From Syntrophales bacterium (GTDB lineage Bacteria; Desulfobacterota; Syntrophia; Syntrophales; PHBD01): a stretch of DNA of 64,000 nt. This document shows positions 1-8,635 of the stretch, in pieces. The notes beneath the pieces are model-generated. The model worked only from the letters and a program-made list of their open reading frames with translations, had not been told where the DNA came from and did not search any database. The stretch lies in contig OY764159.1 in NCBI GenBank assembly GCA_963668175.1, forward strand, positions 1,024,001 through 1,088,000, written 5' to 3'. The translations under genes and the position numbers were made by a program. The number at the start of each line of letters is the position of its first letter. Position 1 is the first letter of the stretch.

Positions 1-636
1 AATACCTGCGTCTACGAAGGAAAAGACGGGTTCGTCGACTTTTACAGGGCGAAAGTGAGACCGACCGATATCCTCGTTTTTGCCGGGACGGTCCGCGACC
101 GCTTCCTGTCGTCGCGCTGGAAGACGTTCTTCGACCGGGCCTTTTTCAACAACCATATTCCTACGCTCTCCGGTAAACAGATAGGCTTCCTTATATCCGG
201 CCCGGTGATGCAGCTTCCCGATCTCAGAGAGATCGTTGCGGCCTATTGTGAATGGCAGCAGGCCAATCTCGTCGATATCGTCACGGATGAATACGAAGAC
301 TCCGCGATCGTGGACGGCCTGATCCAGGGGATGGCGGAGAGACTGCTCTGGTCTTCCGCGAAAGGCTATCGGAAACCTGCGACGTTCCGTGGCGTGGCCG
401 GCCAAAAACTGTTCCGGGACGAAGTATGGGGAAATCTTCGCTTCGTTTTCCAGGCCGATCACCGGCACTACCGGCGCCACGGCTTCTATGATTTTCCCCA
501 GAAGGATTTCAAAACCCGGCGAAGGAATTTCCTGATGATCATGCTCACGAAAATACCGGCATTCCGGAAGGTTTTCGTGAAGAAGATCAACGAAGAGATG
601 ATCAAGCCCCTCCAATACGTCGTGGATCATAAATAG
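1..636 (+). CDS. Flavodoxin-fold / NAD(P)H-dependent FMN reductase-like (iron-sulfur flavoprotein-like) protein, 5' truncated by window edge
   Basis: Frame is open from base 1 (NTCVYEGKDGF...). The segments 'DILVFAG...SSRWKTFFDR' and 'GKQIGFLISG' resemble flavodoxin-like FMN reductases. Confidence 0.55.
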   Translation, partial: NTCVYEGKDGFVDFYRAKVRPTDILVFAGTVRDRFLSSRWKTFFDRAFFNNHIPTLSGKQIGFLISGPVMQLPDLREIVAAYCEWQQANLVDIVTDEYEDSAIVDGLIQGMAERLLWSSAKGYRKPATFRGVAGQKLFRDEVWGNLRFVFQADHRHYRRHGFYDFPQKDFKTRRRNFLMIMLTKIPAFRKVFVKKINEEMIKPLQYVVDHK

Positions 637-696
637 AGAGCGGTTTCGGGATGGCGTGCGTCGCGCATCGGTGAGGCGGTGATGGTACGGGGAATG

Positions 697-1260
697 CTAT
701 CTGAGGCGGTAATCGAAAGTGGCCACGATGTGCAGTCTGCTGAGATTCAGGTTGGCGGGAAGGGGTTCATAGGGATGGGCCGATTTGATGACGGAAATCA
801 CGCCCTGGTCCAACAACTCCGATCCTGACGACGTGATGACCCAGCTTTCCGCCAGGGCTCCGTTGCGATTGATGGTGAATTTGACGACGGTCGTTCCTTC
901 TTCCCTCTGTTCGGCGGCCTTCGGTGGATATACCCAAAGCTGGTCGATTCTTCTTTTGATCTTCCTTAAGTAGGGAACATACTTCTCGTCGGCGCTGCTT
1001 AAGCTTACCGTATCTTCCCTGACCGCCGCGGCCCCGGAGGCGCTGTCGGGGTTGTTGCGAGGCGCAGGCGTTTCCTTCTTGTCCTGCTTTTCGACGGGTT
1101 TCTCTTTCGGCATGGAGACGGATTCGGTGAGGTCGACCATCAGGACGTTCTGGGCTTTCGGTTTGCCGCGAAGCTCGATCATTCCTGCCAGCGAAATGAT
1201 GACCATATGGCTCGTCAAAGAGATGATGACGCAAATCGTCAATATTTTTCTGGACGGCAT
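697..1260 (-). CDS. TonB family energy transducer
   Basis: N-terminal TM helix with SxxxH (SLTSH), Pro/Lys/Glu-rich linker, TonB C-terminal domain (YPPKA...EGTTVVKFTINRNG...SSG). Confidence 0.85.
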   Translation of the reverse strand: MPSRKILTICVIISLTSHMVIISLAGMIELRGKPKAQNVLMVDLTESVSMPKEKPVEKQDKKETPAPRNNPDSASGAAAVREDTVSLSSADEKYVPYLRKIKRRIDQLWVYPPKAAEQREEGTTVVKFTINRNGALAESWVITSSGSELLDQGVISVIKSAHPYEPLPANLNLSRLHIVATFDYRLR

Positions 1261-1505
1261 GAGAGTATTCCCCTACAAAATAAATTGTTTATAAAAATTT
1301 AGAAGAAAAATCAATGAATTTTAGGCCCGAAGGGCGATAGGGGTCGCGCCTCGGCCTGGTACGACGGGCTATTGTATCTGCCTTCTCCGCCGCCCGGCTG
1401 TGAATCGGGACACAAAATGACGTCTTTTTGTACGGTACGTCTTGACAAATAGTCCAAAATCCTATTTCTATGCGCTGCAAAATTTTACCGCCGGGGTTCA
1501 CCTTG

Positions 1506-1991
1506 ATGGCAGATATCGTCCGCGACGAGGGTTATATGGCGTTGGCGCTCAAAGAGGCGGAAAACGCCTTTGCGGCGGGGGAAATCCCTGTCGGCGCCCT
1601 GGTCGTTCTCGGCGACGATGTTATCGCCTCGGCGCACAACCGGCCGATCGGCAGTAACGATCCTACTGCCCATGCCGAAATCCTGGCGCTTCGTTCGGCG
1701 GCGGATAAAATCGGCAACTACCGCCTGACCGGGGCGACGGTCTATGTGACCCTGGAGCCCTGCCTCATGTGCGCCGGGGCGATGGTCCATGCCCGGATTA
1801 AGCGCCTGGTCTTCGGGGCCTGCGACGGCAAAAGCGGCGCCGTCGTGTCCCTTTACCGCCTTTTTGACGACGAAAGATTGAATCACCGCATTGATTTTGC
1901 GGGGGGAATTCTGCAGGAGCCATGTGGTGAAATTTTGAGTAGATTTTTTCGAGAAAAGAGGATAACATCGCCGCCCGCTTCGGCCGTATGA
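1506..1991 (+). CDS. tadA: tRNA adenosine(34) deaminase
   Basis: HAE and EPCxMC motifs, GEIPVGA. Start uncertain (1470, 1506 or 1536). Confidence 0.92.
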   Translation: MADIVRDEGYMALALKEAENAFAAGEIPVGALVVLGDDVIASAHNRPIGSNDPTAHAEILALRSAADKIGNYRLTGATVYVTLEPCLMCAGAMVHARIKRLVFGACDGKSGAVVSLYRLFDDERLNHRIDFAGGILQEPCGEILSRFFREKRITSPPASAV

Positions 1992-2001
1992 GCCATCTTG
2001 C

Positions 2002-2095
2002 GGAGAGATACCGAAGTGGTCGTAACGGGATCGACTCGAAATCGATTTGGGGGCCAAAAGCTCCCACGGGGGTTCGAATCCCCCTCTCTCCGCCA
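2002..2095 (+). tRNA. tRNA-Ser(CGA)
   Basis: GGAGAGA/TCTCTCC acceptor stem, ATCGA-CT-CGA-AA-TCGAT anticodon arm, long variable arm, GGTTCGAATCC, encoded CCA. Confidence 0.95.
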
Positions 2096-2163
2096 TTTTA
2101 TATTTGCGGGTTGAATAGCTGAAGGCAGTACCTCTGAGTTCTTGATGTACATCGATTTGATGT

Positions 2164-2257
2164 GGAGAGATGTCCGAGAGGCCGAAGGAGCACGACTGGA
2201 AATCGTGTGTATGCCCACAAAGGTGTACCGCGGGTTCGAATCCCGCTCTCTCCGCCA
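2164..2257 (+). tRNA. tRNA-Ser(GGA)
   Basis: GGAGAGA/TCTCTCC acceptor, CACGA-CT-GGA-AA-TCGTG anticodon arm, long variable arm, T-loop, CCA. Confidence 0.95.
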
Positions 2258-2301
2258 TTTCATCGAATGGTCGGGATCGAAATAGGTCCGAAACACTGAT
2301 T

Positions 2302-2405
2302 TGATAGCCGGGTCCCGTGCAACGTAGTATTGCAAACCCCGTCAGGTCCGGAAGGAAGCAGCGGTAGCAACGAACTGCGTGTGCCGCGGGGAAACCTGGC
2401 TATCA
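2302..2405 (+). ncRNA. ffs: Signal recognition particle RNA (small 4.5S type)
   Basis: Domain IV motif TCAGGTCCGGAAGGAAGCAGC; terminal stem TGATAGCCGGGT/ACCTGGCTATCA; conserved position upstream of dnaX. Confidence 0.93.
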
Positions 2406-2454
2406 TTTTTTAATTTTTCCTCAAAGGCAGAGGAATCCCGCCGCGGGAGTATCC

Positions 2455-4164
2455 ATGGAGTACCTTGTTCTGGCCCGGAAATGGCGCCCCCAGTCGTTTG
2501 AAGATGTTGTGGGACAGGACCATATCGTCCAGACCTTGAGGAACGCGATCGGCCACAACCGCATCGCCCATGCGCTGCTGTTCGGCGGCCCGCGGGGCGT
2601 CGGCAAGACGTCGGTGGCCCGCATCATGGCGAAGGCCGTGAACTGCGAAACCGGTCCGACGGAGACCCCCTGCAACCAATGCCATAATTGCCGCGAGATC
2701 ACGGAAGGCATCTCCATAGACGTCCGGGAAATTGACGGCGCCTCGAACCGCGGTATCGACGAAATCAGGGAACTCCGCGAGTACCTTAAATTCGCCCCCG
2801 TTTCCTCCCGCTATAAGATCTATATCATCGACGAAGTGCACATGCTCACCCGGGAGGCCTTCAATGCCCTCTTGAAGACGCTCGAAGAGCCGCCCGCCCA
2901 TGTCCTCTTCATTTTTGCCACGACGGAAGTGCACAAGGTCCCGGCGACGATCCTGTCCCGCTGCCAGCGCTACGATTTCCGGAGGGTTTCTCTGCGCCAG
3001 ATCGCCGAAAGCCTGCGAAGGATAGCCGATGCGGAGAAAATCCAGGTCAGCGACAAGGGACTGAAGTGGATCGCCGCGGCAGGGGACGGCAGCATGCGCG
3101 ACTCCCAGAGCATTTTCGACCAGGTCATTTCTTACGCGGGCTATGAGATTGCGGACGGCGCCGTCGAGGAAATCCTGGGACTCACGGATAAGCAGTTCTT
3201 CTTAACCATGTCCGCTGCCGTTTTTGAACGGGACGCCGGTGGTTGCCTCAAGATCATCGACCGGGCCTATTATGCCGGCATCGACATGAAGGTCTTCTAT
3301 CAGGCGCTCCTGGCCCATTTCCGAAATCTTTTCCTCATAAAGATTATCGGGGCCGACCGCGAGATCCTGGAGCTTACGGCGGATGAACTTGCGGAGCTCT
3401 CCGCCCAGACGGACAATGTATCGAAGGAGACACTCCAGCGGCTTCTCGATATCCTCATGGCGGAGGACGAGCCCATAAGGAGAAGCGCGAATCCCCGTTT
3501 GACTCTGGAGACGACCCTGGTCCGCATGGCCCATCTCCCTCCGCTGATCCCGGTTGACGCCATCCTGACCCGGATGGAGGAACTGGAGAAAAGGCTGTCG
3601 GCGGGGGGAGAAAGACCGGGACGAAAAAAGGATAAGATAGGCGAGACTCTGCCTCCGGCGGCATCCCGGCCGGAAGACCCGGTACCCGCTGCGGCTTTCC
3701 AGGCGACAGAAGAGAAGCCCGCGGCCGGATTCCACGAAGTCAGGGAAGACCGGTCTCCGGATCAGCTCTGGCGGGATATGCAGACCTTCATCAAGGAGCA
3801 GAACCCTCTGCTCTCGACCAAGATCGAGAAGGGCAAGTTCCTTGCGTGCGAAGACGGGGCCGTCGAGATTGGGTTTCCCGGCGATTATATTTTTCTTGAC
3901 GATATCCGAGAAAAGGATCAAAAAGATCGACTCGCCGAACTGGTCGCAGCCTTTTTCGGGAGAGAGATGGCTGTTCGCATAACGGCGATCGATCCGCCTC
4001 CGGAAGTGAAATACGGTCAGGGGGACAAGAAGGTTTCGAAAGCGAACGGCGTCCAGGAAGTCAAAAGGGAGGCCTTGAGCCATCCCATGCTGCAGAAGGT
4101 GCTCGATGTCTTCGGCAGCGCCGAGATCCGTGAGGTTATCGCCAGGAAGAACCAGGGAGAGTGA
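2455..4164 (+). CDS. dnaX: DNA polymerase III subunit gamma/tau
   Basis: LARKWRPQ, Walker A GPRGVGKTS, Zn-binding Cys, DEVHML, SRC motif. Confidence 0.97.
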   Translation: MEYLVLARKWRPQSFEDVVGQDHIVQTLRNAIGHNRIAHALLFGGPRGVGKTSVARIMAKAVNCETGPTETPCNQCHNCREITEGISIDVREIDGASNRGIDEIRELREYLKFAPVSSRYKIYIIDEVHMLTREAFNALLKTLEEPPAHVLFIFATTEVHKVPATILSRCQRYDFRRVSLRQIAESLRRIADAEKIQVSDKGLKWIAAAGDGSMRDSQSIFDQVISYAGYEIADGAVEEILGLTDKQFFLTMSAAVFERDAGGCLKIIDRAYYAGIDMKVFYQALLAHFRNLFLIKIIGADREILELTADELAELSAQTDNVSKETLQRLLDILMAEDEPIRRSANPRLTLETTLVRMAHLPPLIPVDAILTRMEELEKRLSAGGERPGRKKDKIGETLPPAASRPEDPVPAAAFQATEEKPAAGFHEVREDRSPDQLWRDMQTFIKEQNPLLSTKIEKGKFLACEDGAVEIGFPGDYIFLDDIREKDQKDRLAELVAAFFGREMAVRITAIDPPPEVKYGQGDKKVSKANGVQEVKREALSHPMLQKVLDVFGSAEIREVIARKNQGE

Positions 4165-4187
4165 GGTTGTAAAAGGAGGTATGTCCC

Positions 4188-4502
4188 ATGTCGCATAATA
4201 TCGGCAACATCATGAAGCAAGCCAGGAAACTCCAGGAACGGATTGCCCAGCTGCAGAAGGAACTGGAAAGTAAAACGGTGGAAGCGTCGGCCGGCGGCGG
4301 CATGGTGTCTGTCGCCGTGAACGGCAAGAACGAGGTTGTTTTCCTGAAGATTGAAAAGGACGTGGTCAATCCTGAAGAGATCGACATGCTTCAGGACCTG
4401 ATCATGGCGGCAGTCAACGAGGGTATACGCAAGTCGCAGGAAATGGCGGCGTCGGAGATGTCCAAGATAACCGGCGGGATGTCCATCCCCGGCCTGGTTT
4501 AG
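4188..4502 (+). CDS. ybaB: Nucleoid-associated protein YbaB/EbfC
   Basis: AGGGMV...LQDLIMAAVN; sits between dnaX and recR. Confidence 0.93.
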   Translation: MSHNIGNIMKQARKLQERIAQLQKELESKTVEASAGGGMVSVAVNGKNEVVFLKIEKDVVNPEEIDMLQDLIMAAVNEGIRKSQEMAASEMSKITGGMSIPGLV

Positions 4503-4513
4503 GAGCCGCGCAC

Positions 4514-5119
4514 ATGTCCGGTTATGCCCTCCCCATCAGGCGGCTGATCAAGGAACTGGCCCGTTTCCCCGGGATAGGCGAGAAGACGGCGACGCGGCTT
4601 GCCATGTATGTCATTCATACCGAGGAAGACGATGCCGTAAGGCTCGCCGAAAGTATCCTGGAGGTCAAGCGCAAGATCCGCCTCTGCGCCACCTGTTTCA
4701 ACCTCTCCGAAGAGGAACGCTGCGAGATATGCCAGGACGCCAGCCGTGACCCTGCCTGTATCTGCGTCGTCGAGGAACCCGATTCTCTCATTGCCATTGA
4801 AGAAAGCGGCACTTTCCGCGGGACGTACCATGTCCTCCACGGCGCCCTGTCGCCGCTGGACGGGATCGGTCCGGACAATCTGCGAATCCAGGAGTTGCTG
4901 AGCCGTGTCGCCAATCACGCGGTGCGGGAGATTATCGTGGCAACCAACCCCAATGTCCAGGGAGAGGCGACCGCCCTACTGATTACGAAACTGCTCAAGG
5001 AGTCGGGTGTCCAGGTGAGCCGTATCGCCATGGGGATACCCGTCGGCGGGGATCTGAAGCATACGGACAGGATGACGCTCGGGAAGGCCCTGGAATTCCG
5101 CCGGAGGATGCAGGACTGA
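4514..5119 (+). CDS. recR: Recombination mediator RecR
   Basis: HhH PGIGEKTA, C4 zinc finger, TOPRIM domain (YHVLHG, ATNPNVQGEAT). Confidence 0.96.
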   Translation: MSGYALPIRRLIKELARFPGIGEKTATRLAMYVIHTEEDDAVRLAESILEVKRKIRLCATCFNLSEEERCEICQDASRDPACICVVEEPDSLIAIEESGTFRGTYHVLHGALSPLDGIGPDNLRIQELLSRVANHAVREIIVATNPNVQGEATALLITKLLKESGVQVSRIAMGIPVGGDLKHTDRMTLGKALEFRRRMQD

Positions 5120-5967
5120 TGAGCGCTCTTCGCGAAATACCGTGCGCCGTCATCACGGATGCGGTCAGAAGGCTCTTCATCGAGGCCAACTGCGAACTGG
5201 GCGAAGACGTCCTGGCCGCCGTCAGCCGGTCCGCCGCCTCGGAAAGGACCGAACTCGGACGGGATGTCCTGGAAAAGATCATTGAAAATGCCTCGATTGC
5301 CAGGCAGGAAGCGGTTCCTCTCTGCCAGGATACGGGGCTGGCCCTGGTCTTTGCCGAAATCGGGCAGGATGTCCATGTCGTCGGCGGCCTTTTCGGCGAG
5401 GCAGTCCAGGAAGGCGTGAGGCAGGCCTACCGTGACGGTTATCTCAGAAAATCCGTCTGCGATCCGTTCTCCCGCATGAATACGGGCGATAATACCCCGG
5501 CCGTCATTCACATGGAATTGGTGGCCGGCGACCGCATCAGGATCGTCGCCATGCCCAAGGGCGGCGGCAGTGAGAATATGAGCAGCCTGACGATGCTGGT
5601 TCCTTCCGCCGGGAGAGACGAGATCGTGAAGCACATCGTCGGCAGGGTCAAAGAGGCCGGTCCCAACCCCTGTCCGCCCGTTATCGTCGGTGTCGGCATC
5701 GGCGGTTCGATGGAAAAGGCCGTGATCATGGCGAAGAAGTCCCTCCTGCGGCCCGTGGGACAGGCCAGCCCGGATGAGCGGCTGGCCGGGCTTGAAATGG
5801 AAATACTCAAAAAGGTCAACAGGTTGGGGATAGGCCCCCAGGGTTACGGGGGAGACGTTACCGCCCTGGCGGTTCATGTCGAGGCGATGCCGTGCCATAT
5901 AGCGAGCCTGCCCGTGGCCGTCAATATCCAGTGCCATGTGGCCCGCCACAAGGAGGCCGTCGTCTGA
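5119..5967 (+). CDS. Fe-S fumarate hydratase / tartrate dehydratase family, alpha subunit
   Basis: PLCQDTG, KGGGSEN, NPCPP, CHIASLP motifs. Confidence 0.9.
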   Translation: MSALREIPCAVITDAVRRLFIEANCELGEDVLAAVSRSAASERTELGRDVLEKIIENASIARQEAVPLCQDTGLALVFAEIGQDVHVVGGLFGEAVQEGVRQAYRDGYLRKSVCDPFSRMNTGDNTPAVIHMELVAGDRIRIVAMPKGGGSENMSSLTMLVPSAGRDEIVKHIVGRVKEAGPNPCPPVIVGVGIGGSMEKAVIMAKKSLLRPVGQASPDERLAGLEMEILKKVNRLGIGPQGYGGDVTALAVHVEAMPCHIASLPVAVNIQCHVARHKEAVV

Positions 5968-5968
5968 G

Positions 5969-6517
5969 ATGAAGGGACCGATTGCCATTAAAACCCCCTT
6001 GAACGACGATGTCTGCCGGAGCCTTCAGGCGGGAGACCGTGTCGCCATCAGCGGGACCGTTTATGCCTTGCGGGATGCCGCCCACCGCAGAATCGCCGAA
6101 GCCGTCGGGCGCGGCAAAGAGCCGCCCATACCCCTTGCCGGATCTGTCATTTTTTATGCCGCTCCGACACCGGCCAAACCGGGAAGAATCATCGGCTCCA
6201 TGGGGCCGACGACCAGCACCAGGATGGACCGGTATACGCCCGGCTTTCTGGAACTGGGGCTTAAAGGTATGATCGGCAAAGGAAAACGGTCCGAAGAGGT
6301 CCGGTCGGCCATTGAACGGCATCAGGCCGTCTATTTCGGGGCCATCGGCGGCGTTGCTGCGCTTATGTCGAGATTTATCAAACAGTTGGAAGTTTTTGCC
6401 TATGAGGACCTGGGAACGGAGGCTATCCTGAAACTGGAGATTGCCGACTTTCCCGCCGTCGTCTTGATCGACAGCCGGGGGCGGGACCTGTTCCGGTCCA
6501 TCGCAGAGAAAGGATAA
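5969..6517 (+). CDS. Fe-S fumarate hydratase / tartrate dehydratase family, beta subunit
   Basis: RDAAH, GPTTSTRM, MIGKG, DLGTEA motifs; ATG 1 nt after the alpha stop. Confidence 0.9.
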   Translation: MKGPIAIKTPLNDDVCRSLQAGDRVAISGTVYALRDAAHRRIAEAVGRGKEPPIPLAGSVIFYAAPTPAKPGRIIGSMGPTTSTRMDRYTPGFLELGLKGMIGKGKRSEEVRSAIERHQAVYFGAIGGVAALMSRFIKQLEVFAYEDLGTEAILKLEIADFPAVVLIDSRGRDLFRSIAEKG

Positions 6518-6565
6518 TGCTTTTTTCGGGAAAAAAATCTTTCCCTGAAAATAAGTAAAAATTGC

Positions 6566-6594
6566 TTGACAAATATAAAATATGAAACTAAGTT
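6566..6594 (+). promoter_or_regulatory. Sigma70-type promoter for the tRNA/superoperon
   Basis: TTGACA (6566-6571), 17 bp spacer, TAAGTT (6589-6594), A/T-rich upstream region. Confidence 0.65.
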
Positions 6595-6684
6595 TCTCAA
6601 TTCGCATTCCATACGAATAGGGTGTGGTCTGCGTTTTTATAGTCAAGTTAATGTTATTCTTGAATAAAGGGAGATAGCGTCTCG

Positions 6685-6760
6685 GCTGGCGTAGCTCAAT
6701 CGGTAGAGCAGCTGATTTGTAATCAGCAGGTTGCGGGTTCGAGTCCCATCGCCAGCTCCA
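6685..6760 (+). tRNA. tRNA-Thr(TGT)
   Basis: 76-nt cloverleaf, GCTGA-TT-TGT-AA-TCAGC, CCA. Confidence 0.96.
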
Positions 6761-6776
6761 GAAATGCAAAAAGATC

Positions 6777-6861
6777 GGAGGGGTTCCCGAGCGGCCAAAG
6801 GGAGCAGACTGTAAATCTGCCGGCGGAGCCTACGGAGGTTCGAATCCTCCCCCCTCCACCA
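6777..6861 (+). tRNA. tRNA-Tyr(GTA)
   Basis: GCAGA-CT-GTA-AA-TCTGC, long variable arm, CCA. Confidence 0.96.
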
Positions 6862-6874
6862 TTTCATATGGTGA

Positions 6875-6950
6875 GCGGGAGTAGCTCAGGGGCTAGAGCG
6901 TCAGCCTTCCAAGCTGAGGGTCGCGGGTTCGAATCCCGTTTCCCGCTCCA
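6875..6950 (+). tRNA. tRNA-Gly(TCC)
   Basis: TCAGC-CT-TCC-AA-GCTGA, CCA. Confidence 0.96.
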
Positions 6951-6990
6951 TCATAAAGGATTGCGCAGAACTAATCGATATTATTTGCAG

Positions 6991-7066
6991 GCCCACGTAG
7001 CTCAGTCGGTAGAGCACATCCTTGGTAAGGATGAGGTCACCAGTTCAATCCTGGTCGTGGGCTCCA
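6991..7066 (+). tRNA. tRNA-Thr(GGT)
   Basis: CATCC-TT-GGT-AA-GGATG, CCA. Confidence 0.96.
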
Positions 7067-7089
7067 TGGCAAGAAAGAAGGCATAATCT

Positions 7090-7239
7090 ATGAGGAGTAT
7101 CATTACCCTTGCGTGTACGGAATGCAAGCAGAGGAACTATACCTCGACCAAGAACAAAAGAACGATGCAGAACCGCCTGGAACTGAAAAAATACTGCAAG
7201 TTTTGTCGCGCCCACAAATTGCACAGGGAAACCAAATAA
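7090..7239 (+). CDS. rpmG: 50S ribosomal protein L33 (Zn-binding type); not in ORF track
   Basis: Translated by hand: [49 protein letters not shown]. Confidence 0.95.
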   Translation: MRSIITLACTECKQRNYTSTKNKRTMQNRLELKKYCKFCRAHKLHRETK

Positions 7240-7273
7240 CATGTGCATCATATGGTGATCGTTTTATATCAAC

Positions 7274-7350
7274 AGGCCAGTAGCTCTAATGGATAGAGCG
7301 CCGGACTCCAAATCCGGATGCTGGGGGTTCGAGTCCCTCCTGGCCTGCCA
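7274..7350 (+). tRNA. tRNA-Trp(CCA)
   Basis: CCGGA-CT-CCA-AA-TCCGG, AGGCCAG/CTGGCCT acceptor, CCA. Confidence 0.96.
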
Positions 7351-7382
7351 TTTATTTTGGCAATAATCAGGGGCAATCTTAC

Positions 7383-7586
7383 ATGGATAAGGTGAAGGCT
7401 ATACTGGAGAAGGTCAAGGCTTTTCTGAAAGAGGCAAAGGTCGAACTGAGAAAGGTAACCTGGCCGTCGCGCAAGCAGACTCTCACTTCGACGTCCGTCG
7501 TGGTTCTTCTGGTCGTAGTCGTTTCGATATTCCTCGGGATCATCGATTTCGGCATTGCACATTTCCTTAAGTGGGTTTTAGGATAA
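7383..7586 (+). CDS. secE: Preprotein translocase subunit SecE
   Basis: ELRKVTWPS motif plus one TM helix. Confidence 0.95.
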   Translation: MDKVKAILEKVKAFLKEAKVELRKVTWPSRKQTLTSTSVVVLLVVVVSIFLGIIDFGIAHFLKWVLG

Positions 7587-7589
7587 CTT

Positions 7590-8120
7590 ATGGCATTCAA
7601 GTGGTATGTCGTCCATACATATTCGGGTTTTGAAAACAGGGTGAAGCTTTCTCTCAAGGAACGCATCGAGACGGAAGGCATGCAGGAATATTTTTCCGAT
7701 ATCCTGATTCCCGAAGAGGATGTCGTAGAGCTGAAATCGGGCGAGAAGAAGACCTCGAAGCGCAAGTTCTTTCCCGGCTATATCCTGGTCCGAATGGAGA
7801 TGAACGACAATACCTGGCATATCGTGAAGAATACCCCGAAAGTGACGGGTTTCATCGGCAGCAAGGAAAAACCCTCTCCTATTCCGGACAAGGATGTGGA
7901 GAGTTTAAGAACGCGAATCGACGAAGGGACATTGAAACCCAAACCGAAGTTCAAATTCGATGTGGGCGACCATGTCCGCATTATCGACGGCCCCTTTACG
8001 AATTTTGACGGTCTCATCGACGAGGTAAAGCCGGAAAAAGGCAAATTGCGCGTGATCGTCAGTATCTTCGGCCGGTCGACGCCGGTGGAATTGGATTTCA
8101 TTCAGGTCGTACAGAATTAG
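7590..8120 (+). CDS. nusG: Transcription factor NusG
   Basis: WYVVHTYSG, FFPGYILV, KOW domain. Confidence 0.97.
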   Translation: MAFKWYVVHTYSGFENRVKLSLKERIETEGMQEYFSDILIPEEDVVELKSGEKKTSKRKFFPGYILVRMEMNDNTWHIVKNTPKVTGFIGSKEKPSPIPDKDVESLRTRIDEGTLKPKPKFKFDVGDHVRIIDGPFTNFDGLIDEVKPEKGKLRVIVSIFGRSTPVELDFIQVVQN

Positions 8121-8189
8121 AAAGACAGCGGGGAGAAAGCCCTCCGTCTTTTGACGCGGAAAAAATAATACCATTACAGGGTGATTATC

Positions 8190-8615
8190 ATGGCAAAGAA
8201 AGTTATCGCGAACATCAAACTTCAGATCAAGGCAGGAAAGGCAACGCCGTCTCCCCCGATCGGACCGGCCCTTGGTCAGCACGGGGTCAACATCATGGAG
8301 TTCTGCAAGGCATACAATGCCATGACGCAAAACCAGGAGGGCATGGTCATTCCCGTCGTCATTACCGTATATGCAGACCGGTCTTTCACCTTCGTCACGA
8401 AGACGCCGCCGGCATCCGTTCTTTTGAAACAGGCGGCCAAAATCGCCAAGGGTTCGGGGAACCCGAAGAAGGAGAAGGTCGGCGCCGTCACGGCAAAGCA
8501 GGTGAAAGAAATCGCCGAGCTGAAGTACAACGATTTAAACGCGGTCAATCTGGAGGGCGCGATTAAGATCATCGAGGGAACCGCCCAGTCGATGGGCATC
8601 GAAATTACAGGATAA
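8190..8615 (+). CDS. rplK: 50S ribosomal protein L11
   Basis: [23 protein letters not shown]. Confidence 0.97.
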   Translation: MAKKVIANIKLQIKAGKATPSPPIGPALGQHGVNIMEFCKAYNAMTQNQEGMVIPVVITVYADRSFTFVTKTPPASVLLKQAAKIAKGSGNPKKEKVGAVTAKQVKEIAELKYNDLNAVNLEGAIKIIEGTAQSMGIEITG

Positions 8616-8635
8616 AAATCAACAGGGGTCAGATC

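Noticed and set aside
1485..2335. Minus-strand ORFs (257 aa, 150 aa) over tadA and the tRNAs
   Set aside because: Their repeated motifs (AERAGFEP, WRRE.DSNPR) are antisense translations of tRNA genes.
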